Source: Octopus sinensis (taxonomy: Eukaryota). Taken from it: 64,000 bases of DNA. Shown here piece by piece: positions 55,721-64,000 of this stretch. The translations under genes were made by a program, and so were the position numbers. The stretch is taken from NCBI RefSeq assembly GCF_006345805.1, contig NC_042999.1, positions 93,124,001 through 93,188,000 on the forward strand, written 5' to 3'. A model generated the notes under the pieces. The model did no database searches and was not told where the DNA came from. It saw only the letters and a list, made by a program, of their open reading frames with translations. The stretch's first letter is position 1. Every line of letters starts with the position of its first letter.

Positions 55721-57013
55721 CGAGGGACGTTCAATAAGTAATGCCTCTGACCCACTTGCAGTTGTTTGATCTAGCTGCAATTTTGCATGTGCAATCATTT
55801 ATATCTCTATAGAGTAAGTGGCAAATTACAGCAGCTCTGAATTAATTGTGGTTTCTGATTTACAGGTGTTTGAACCGAGTCAAGTGTGAAATGGAGCCTG
55901 TTGAGTGTCGAGCAGTGATCCGGTTTTTGTATTTGAAAGGACGCACACCACGGGAGACTTTTGATGAAATGAAAGTAACTTATGGTGATGATGCCCCATC
56001 ATATGACCTTGTAAAACGCTGGCATCGTGAATTGAAACATGGTCGGAACTCTGTGGAAACAGCTCTCAGATCTGGTCGCCCCTTCTGCCATTGTTGAGGC
56101 ATCTGTCCGTCAAGTTGAGGCTGCCATTTTGGAAGATCGACGCATAATTATTCGCCAAATAGCCCATGAGGTCAAGATTAGTACCGGGTCTGTGGAAACT
56201 ATCATTCATGACCATTTGCATATGCAAAAGGTGTCTGCCAGATGGATGCCCAGGTTGCTCACGCCTTTCCAGAAGCAAGAACGCGTCGAGTGCTCGAGGG
56301 TGAATTGGGAGATGTGCCAAGAAGATGAGTCAAAATTTTTCAAAAGACTGATTACACAGGATGAAACCTGGGTCCATCACGATGATCCAGAGACCAAAGG
56401 CCAGTCAATGCAGTGGAAGCACCGTGACTCACCCCCTCCAAAGAAGGCAAGGGTGCAGCCCTCCGCTGGCAAGGTCATGCTCACAGTCTTCTGGGACCAG
56501 GACGGAGTAGTGATGACAGATTTCTTGGCAAAGGGTACCACAATTGCAGGAGCCTATTATGCTTCACTTTTGAGGAAATTAAGAGAAGTTATCAAAATCA
56601 AGAGGCGGGGTAAGATCAGCAAAGGCATCCTCCTCCTGCAGGACAACACTCCGGTCCACAACTCGCTTGTCGCCAGATCGGAAGCACAGGCGTATGGCTA
56701 TGAACTCCTCTCCCATCCCCCTACTTTCCTGACCTTGCACCCTCTGATTTTCACCTCTTCCCAGTCATGAAGTTGTTTTTGAAAGGAAAGCGTTTCCCAG
56801 ATGATGCAGCCTTGATTTCTGAAGTCACGTTCAGGTTGGAGGACCAAGCTGGGGTCTTCTACAAAAACGGTCTCCAGAGCTGCATCAAACAATGGGAGAA
56901 ATGCGTAAATCTGGGTGGTTCCTATGTAAAAAAAGACTAATAACTGTGCCAAGTTTCGTTGCTCTACTGCTATGGGAAGTGGGTCAAGGGCATTACTTAT
57001 TGAACGCCCCTCG
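55721..57013 (+). mobile_element. Young full-length mariner (irritans/Himar-Hsmar2-like)
   Basis: ~36 bp TIRs CGAGGG(A/G)CGTTCAATAAGTAATGCC..TGACCCACT, TA flanks at 55719-20 and 57014-15. Confidence 0.95.
55891..56940 (+). pseudogene. Mariner DD34D transposase with two compensating frameshifts
   Basis: MEPVECRAVIRFL, WMPRLL, ITQDETWVHH, LLQDNTPVH, HPP/Y.PDLAPSDFHLF; frame breaks near 56080 and 56720. Confidence 0.9.
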
Positions 57014-58339
57014 TACATTTAAAATGTTTTGTTCGCAATATCTACATCTAAGTACTACCACTGCACCTAATTAGTACCGTTAAGTGACCCCTGTATTCAA
57101 GTAGTACCCAATCCAAATCAATAGACGTTTACAAATATTTACTAAGTTGAAGGCTAGATACTACACCATATTTATTTAAAGTTTCGAGTCTTCCACCTAA
57201 GCAGCGATTAAACGTTTTATCTAATTTACCATATCTATACCCTTGTTCCACTAAATCTTAATTTATTTATTCTTTCCAAAAATCTGACCTGACAAAAACC
57301 ATAACCTATAATGGAAGGAATTCTACTACTGAACAATGGCATTGAAGTTACCTGGAAACCAAAATCTTGTGTTTTATTATAAATGTCAGTACGTATCCCA
57401 TTATTAACCTTAATTACTTAATGGAAATCTAAATAATTAATATTCTTTATATTATTTCCATTTCTGATGGCCTTAAGCTCACTAAGGTATATTTTTAAAA
57501 GCAAAAATTCACAGAAACCATAATTAGGTATAAATATATCATCTATGTAGCTGTGCGTGCAAATATCAGTATTAATTTATGCACGTATGTCAAACTATAT
57601 CTCCCTTCTAAATATTTTAACCCTTACTTTCTGTTATTCCTTTATTCATATATAATACTTGTAATCATAAATAGTTTTCACGCGAAGAGTTTGTTATCTA
57701 TTTCCTTTCGTGAATTACTGTGAAAATACGTTGTTATTTGAAACCTTAGAACAATGTTTTCATTAGGAATCTCTCAGAAGTAAACAGTTCAATTACCGAA
57801 TGCATATTACTAATTTCGTTCGACTAGTACGTGCACATATACTCCGTATAACTGCAATAAATTCCACCGGCATCTCTGTTAAATCATACACAAAATTTTC
57901 CTACAGAACAAACTAAAGGATGATCATGATTTGGATAGCTTTTCAACGTTGGTTCACTCAGTCATTGCCGACTTGTATTTTTATATATCATAATTATAAT
58001 ATACATCATATATTAATATTAGGGTGTTAATATTGTTTTAGAAGTTTATAACTCAAGATATGTTAGTCGTAGTCTGTTTTCATTAATGTCAGTTTCATTT
58101 AAGGGCAATAACTTGCCAGAAAATATAAAATGGAGAGCAAAGTGTATTATTTCCTAATTTCATATTACCTCGATTGCACTGATTAGCGTCAGACCACCGA
58201 AATTAAGTAACAGTGTTTCTAGTTGTAGATAGGTGAATACTTAGTAATCGTAGGCATTGAAAGCATTACCTATTAATGTCTATGCTTGAATCAGCTAATG
58301 CACGCAGGCTAAAACGAGTAAGAGAATAAAATAATCTTT

Positions 58340-58530
58340 TTTACTCTAGGCACAAGGGCCGAAATTTTGGGGGAGGGCCCAGTCAATTAGATCGACCCCA
58401 GTACAAAACTGGTGCTTAATTTATCGACCCCAAAAGGATGAAAGGTAAAGTCTATCTCGGCGGAATTTCAGCTCAGAACGTAAAGACAGACGAAATAAGC
58501 ATTTCGTCCGGCGTGCTAACGTTCCTGTAT
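58340..58530 (+). mobile_element. Short interspersed repeat family B
   Basis: ATCGACCCCAGTAC..CTGGT.CTTAATTTATCGACCCC.AAAGGATGAAAGG motif. Confidence 0.75.
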
Positions 58531-60689
58531 TTGCTTAGACTATTTTATGGGTAGGTTTCGAACAATTTTTCAATCATTTCCAGTTTACACCCGTCTTGTT
58601 TGAAACAGCAAATTTTTATTAATTCTTGTGCCATATGCATTCGATATTTTCTACACCAAAATGGTGACCTTATACCTAAACCAGGAGCCATTATTATGTA
58701 CACAGTATATAAATTGTGAGTGTGTAACATAAAGCTTGAAACTTGACTTTCATTGCGTTTCTTTTTTTCTAATTTGTATAATGTGTCACTTTGTATAATG
58801 CGTTTTTGTGAAGCAACTCTATCAATACGGTTGTATTTCCTGATGTTCAGTTTCCTGTTGACACGTTTTTTAGCTTTACTTTCTAGAATAATTTTTCAAA
58901 TCTATATAGATTTTTTGCTTATACGCATATATTTGTATAATATTAAGTCAACAAACTTTACAAGCAACACAATGTATAACTACTATATTCGAAAAGTTAT
59001 AAAACAAAACGCTGCATAAAATATGCATAAAACTACAGAAAGAAGATGTTTACTATTACTTCACTGAAAGATTCCAAAAGGCTTTTGTTTATTATAAAAA
59101 AAAGTATTCTTTCAAATATATTATTTTGATAATATTCTGTGTAAGAGGTCTTGTCAATGTAAGATCAACAGTTTTAGGAAATAAATTATCCCTTTTAGCT
59201 TTTGAGGCAATACAATTCTTTAGAAAAAAATTTCTGATTTTTTTAATGTAATATTTCTTAACAGTTTCATTATTCTTTGATTTGTATTAGATAAACCATA
59301 TTTATGCATATGTTACAAGTTTTAAACTCTGTCAAATTTTGAAATCGGCATTTTAAGCATAAAGAAATGAAATATTAATATTATTTATAATCTAAAATCA
59401 GTATTTATTATATATGATATAAACACCAAAGGAACAGAAAATCAGAACATTGCCAGAGACGGGGCATCTAAATCGTCACTCGACCTGTGAGAATGAACAA
59501 TTAAATATCCTTCCAACATCTTACTGTAGAAAAACAAGATATAGTAGATAGGGGTGTGTGAAAAAAAAAAGGGAAAAGAAAACAAAAAAATCTTACTTAG
59601 AATTCTGTGCTGAAATCCTGGGGAGATGTTCATGATTTGATTTCCCTAGTAACTACAAGTTACTAACAGCGTGACTAGCCTCACTCAGAAACTGCTTACG
59701 AACAGCAATATCACCATTCTCATAATTCGCTAACAAAGAGATGGGTCTTTCATTTTAAATGTAGAAATGAAGAGTTACAAAGACTCGGAAGTACAATCAA
59801 ATTAGTCTGTACGAGATTCAGACAGATTAAGGCAAAGATTCAGCACGTAATTTTTCGGTGATCAAGGATCAGTAAACTCGTGGCTCTGTTTTCGTGTGTA
59901 GGCCAGCCGGTAAGAGTGAATGTTAAATAGATAGTCTGGCTCCAAAAATACAGCTATTCAGTAAGGACATTGAGAGGAAATTTAAGATGCTTTCCATAAA
60001 AAAAGGCAAAGTAGTATTATCTGATTGTGTAGAACGATCCAACGGCGTTAGAATGAAATATGTTGGAATGGATGGATATAAATCAAGGATAATGAGATGA
60101 CCCATTTCTGTATATCCTGTCTAGCTCAAGAGGTAGTAGCCACCTCTTTTTTGGATGATGTGTTCTTAGTGTTTGAAAATCTTCGTTGATGATGATGATG
60201 CTGATGATGATAATAGTAATAAATTGCTTCAAATTTGGCACAAGGCTAGCATTTCCGAGGTAGGGAATAAGTCGATTACATTCACCTCAGTGTTGAACCG
60301 TTATTTGTTTTATCAACCACGAAACGATCAAAAGCAAAGTCAACCACGTCGGAATTTAAATTCAGAAGTTAAAGACGACTTCGAGATGGGAAAAAGAATT
60401 GTGACACGGAGTGACATTACAATCAGGTCAGAAGATAAGCAAGTTGGTAACATGAGAAAGTGTAAGGTGGCTGCTGCAAGGGATTAGTTCGTTGAATTGA
60501 TGGATTTGCATCTTAAGCTAAAAGGTTGCGTACATCAAGGAATTATACTAAAGTGGATGATCAAAATTTGGAACATGGTGATCCAGAAAGACTCAGTGGA
60601 AGGATGCTGAGGCCAGCGTCTGCCGTCCGATTGCCTGCTTACTTATGACGTGGTAGCTTCTAACAGGAATAATGGGAAAAATTGATATG

Positions 60690-61900
60690 ACTACTTCGAA
60701 AGAAATGGACTTTTAGCAGTTGAATAGTTGAGCTATAAGAAGGGATCACACGAAACAAATTTACAGTTTTTGATAGATAAGGCAGTTTTGAGGAACTGCT
60801 AGGTAAAGTTGACAAGATTTTCAATGGCTTAAACTGAAAACTAGAAGACATACAAAACAGTGCCTGTCTAGTGGATTCTAAAATGCCCAGAGAGCTTTGG
60901 GCAGCTAAAAATATAATATATTTAATCAGAAGCTGCAAGAGGAACTAGAAAACAGTTTCTAGCGTTGGCGGAAGGTCAACTGGATAAGTCAACATCGGGA
61001 GGGGAATTCTTTCAGGGAGACACCATGTCTCTCAAACTGTTTATTGTTACCATCTTACCGCTATCCATGGTTTAATGAAAGTGAGAGCTGGCAATTAACT
61101 GGTCAAACAACATGAGACCAATTAATCACCTGCTGTTAATGGATAATTTACAGAGGTAGCAAAGTCAACTGAACTCAATTATTCATGATGGTATTTGGTC
61201 TAGATAAATGTGCTATTATTGAACGGAGGCGACAACGAAAAGTAGACAGCAGCAGAAAACAATTTCCAGATGATGATCGTATAAGAGAAGCAACGAGTCA
61301 TCGTATATTACAATTATGCTACATGAAAAACACAAAATGAAGGAAAAGGGTTTTTCTAAATGTCCCAGAGTGGTGAAAAAGTTATGTATATTCAAGGTGA
61401 ATGGGGGAAGCTTGATCAGAAGCATCAACGCTTGGGCTCTAAGCGTGGTACGTTACGGCGAAGGAGTTGGTGAAGGGGTCAGCATAGGTAGAGACACTAA
61501 GACGATAATGGGCATGCTTAAGTGCCTTCATACTCTGTGTAACATGAAAAGGCTTTACCTACGAAAGAAGGAACACAGAAGTGGATAGGTTGCAAAAGGA
61601 AGCCAAACATTTTGGTGCCTAGCTTAGAGATAGTGATAAATATTTTTTGTCAGCTGAACAGAATGAAGGGATCAATGATAATGATGAGTACAAAATCAGG
61701 ACAAATGAGCTAAAAAATCATTAATTGAAAGAGTCCTAAACAGACAGTTTCTCCAACAAACATCGGGTGAATAAAATATCTTGTAAACGAGAGGGATTTT
61801 TAAAAGAGAGAGAAGGATTTATTCTTGCTGCTCAACAACAGGTTGAAAATACCAAACTTCACTGGAAGTACACCACAATACTCAAAAGTGTACTTGTTGC
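60690..61900 (+). mobile_element. Fragmented R4/Dong-like LINE RT region
   Basis: FLIDKAVL, GILSG/FQGD, INHLLLMD, INAWALSVVRYG, KRLYLRKKE peptides. Confidence 0.65.
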
Positions 61901-62047
61901 AGAATAGTACTCCGTCTCTAAACAGCGAGAAGAAACTGAGACGTGGTGTAGATAACCTAGGAAAAGAATGTAATGATGATGATGAAGCTGTTGCTGCTGC
62001 TGATGAAGATAGTAATTATAATAATAATGTTGATGATGATGATGATC

Positions 62048-62095
<48 letters not shown>
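62048..62095. repeat. (AAT)n microsatellite
   Basis: Direct reading. Confidence 0.95.
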
Positions 62096-62097
<2 letters not shown>

Positions 62098-63545
62098 CTA
62101 TGCCCGGAGATAAATCTGTCAACAAAAAATACAGACGAATGCAGATCTGTTAGCATTAAGAAGTCACGTTACGAGCAATGTTTTCATCCGGAGAACTCAG
62201 AGGCGGTGTTGTGTCAAAAAATTGACCCAAAACAGACAATTCCGTCCCCTAATGATGACGTCCAAGCTCGTCATGCCTCAGTGATAACAAAGGAAAGTAC
62301 AAACCATATTGGCGGTCACCCGGAACACCAAGGAACACATACTCGAATGATGAACCAGAATCGGTACGGAAAATCAACTACTGGTTCAAATCTTCCCGAA
62401 ACACAGATGCTGGACGTACCCTACAACCGGAATATTCAAACAGATGGATATCCAAGCTCGTCATCAAATAACCAATAAAAAAAAAGAGACTAAAAACTGG
62501 TCTAGGGAGGATAATAAAGAAGTTCTTAAGGCTGTCTATCATGCCATACATTTCCCCACAAATAAATCTAATACTGTCGAAACATACTTAAATTGGAGCA
62601 GAAACATATTGAAGAAGGACACATATTGAAGAAGTAGAAAGTAACAAACGTGCCAGCATCAGAAGAAACACTATGAAAAAGACATTATTAACTTTATTAG
62701 AAATTGATCAAATTAAACAATCAGTGAGGGATAAAAGAACGACGTTGCAGTTAAAGAATATACTACGGAGGAAATAATTATAGACGGACCCACGTCTGGT
62801 GAAACTGCAATAATCATTGAAGGAGTTAATATAACTGATAAGAAAAGTGAACTCTCTGAATCAACCATAAACACTAAGGTAGAGGAAAATCAAATAGATG
62901 AAGAAAGTCACACAGAACTGAACTAGATAACTTAAAAATTCAAATCATGATACTGAATGGCTGAAAATGAAAGAAACCAGTACGAAAGGACTCGACACTC
63001 TCCCAACAATTCGCAATTCTTATCAAAACTGATATATGACAAAAAAAACCTCTCAATGGCAAATACCCAAGGAGAGCTAATAGTGCAGATGTTGACAAAG
63101 CCCTTACCCATCAATGGTTAGAGTCTTCTGGCTTAAATTCAGAAACAGAAGGGTTTATCATAGCAGCCCAAATCAATGCCTGCCGACAAGGAACTACCAC
63201 ACCAACATATTAAAGAACGGTAGTAGCCCAACATGTCGTGTATGTCAACAACAAAATGAAACCATTGATTATGTTGCTTCCATGTATAGTTTTCTTGCGC
63301 TTACAAGTATCTCAACAGGCATGATAGAGCAGCACGATATATTCACTGGCTAATTTGCAAAAACCTGGACCGGCCCCACGCTAAAAAATGGTGGGAACAC
63401 AAACCACCTCCAGTACTTGTGAAGGATCACATCTCACTCCTCTGGAACTTCCCCATTCACACTGACAGAAAGATCGATGCAAATAGGCCAGATATTATAT
63501 TGAAAGACCTCAGACACAAATCACGCCTCTTCATTCATATGACTG
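62096..63545 (+). mobile_element. Internally deleted R4/Dong-like element starting right after (AAT)n
   Basis: N-terminal WSREDNKEVLKAVYHA motif; 3' SETEGFIIAAQ, CRVCQQQNETI, LLWNFPIHTDRKIDANRPDII (REL region); RT core missing. Confidence 0.72.
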
Positions 63546-63549
63546 TCCC

Positions 63550-63689
63550 AATCGGGTACTTATTTTATCGAGCCGGAAACGATGAAAGGCAAAGTCGACC
63601 GGGCGGCATTTGAACTCAGAATGTAAAGACGGATGAAATCCTGCTAAATATTTTGCCCGGCGCACTTAACGAATCTGCCAAGTCGCACC

Positions 63690-63745
<56 letters not shown>

Positions 63746-63975
63746 TAATAATAATAGTAACGCCAACAATAGTTTTGGCACAAGTCCAATAATTTTGAGG
63801 TAGAGTGTCAGACGAATGGTACAATCCCAGGGGTCAACTTGTACCTATTTTAGAGACCGTGAGAGCATACAAGGCAAAATTGTCCTCTGTGGAATTTTGA
63901 CTTTAGAATGTGAAAATGAAAGGATTGTCGCTGAGTAATTTGTCTTGTGTGCTAACAATTCTGCTAACTTACCTC
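63550..63975 (+). mobile_element. Two family B repeats separated by (AAT)n (63550-63690, 63775-63975)
   Basis: TTATTTTATCGAGCC..ACGATGAAAGGCAAAGTCGAC..GGCATTTGAACTCAGAATGTAAAG motif. Confidence 0.7.
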
Positions 63976-64000
63976 TGATTTATTTCTGCACAAAATGTGT

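Noticed and set aside
61825-62478. 217 aa ORF with poly-D/N
   Set aside because: Chance read-through across LINE debris, (GAT)n/(AAT)n and the R4-like N-terminus

Overview
AT-rich animal genomic DNA with no intact host gene that I can support. The SINE-like repeats resemble those I recall from octopus/cephalopod genomes (inference, not a database result). The window is dominated by (TA)n/(TG)n/(TACA)n microsatellites, SINEs and decayed transposons. These include three Helitron derivatives, a Gypsy pol relic, a CRE-clade non-LTR element, several R4/Dong-like and one RTE-like LINE fragments, a MULE fragment, three mariners (one almost intact) and a mariner MITE. Two things stand out. (1) Small non-coding elements sit against (TA)n tracts, with partial-tandem plus 5'-inverted architecture and type I hammerhead ribozyme motifs with palindromic helix III, i.e. 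non-autonomous Penelope-like/retrozyme-like elements of several families. (2) Frame-broken LRR, LRR-CT, TM and TIR-like peptides are scattered over the minus strand, suggesting a decayed Toll-like-receptor gene cluster into which many of the TEs inserted. Most listed ORFs are microsatellite translation artefacts. All alignments and folds were done by eye; coordinates of degraded elements are approximate.
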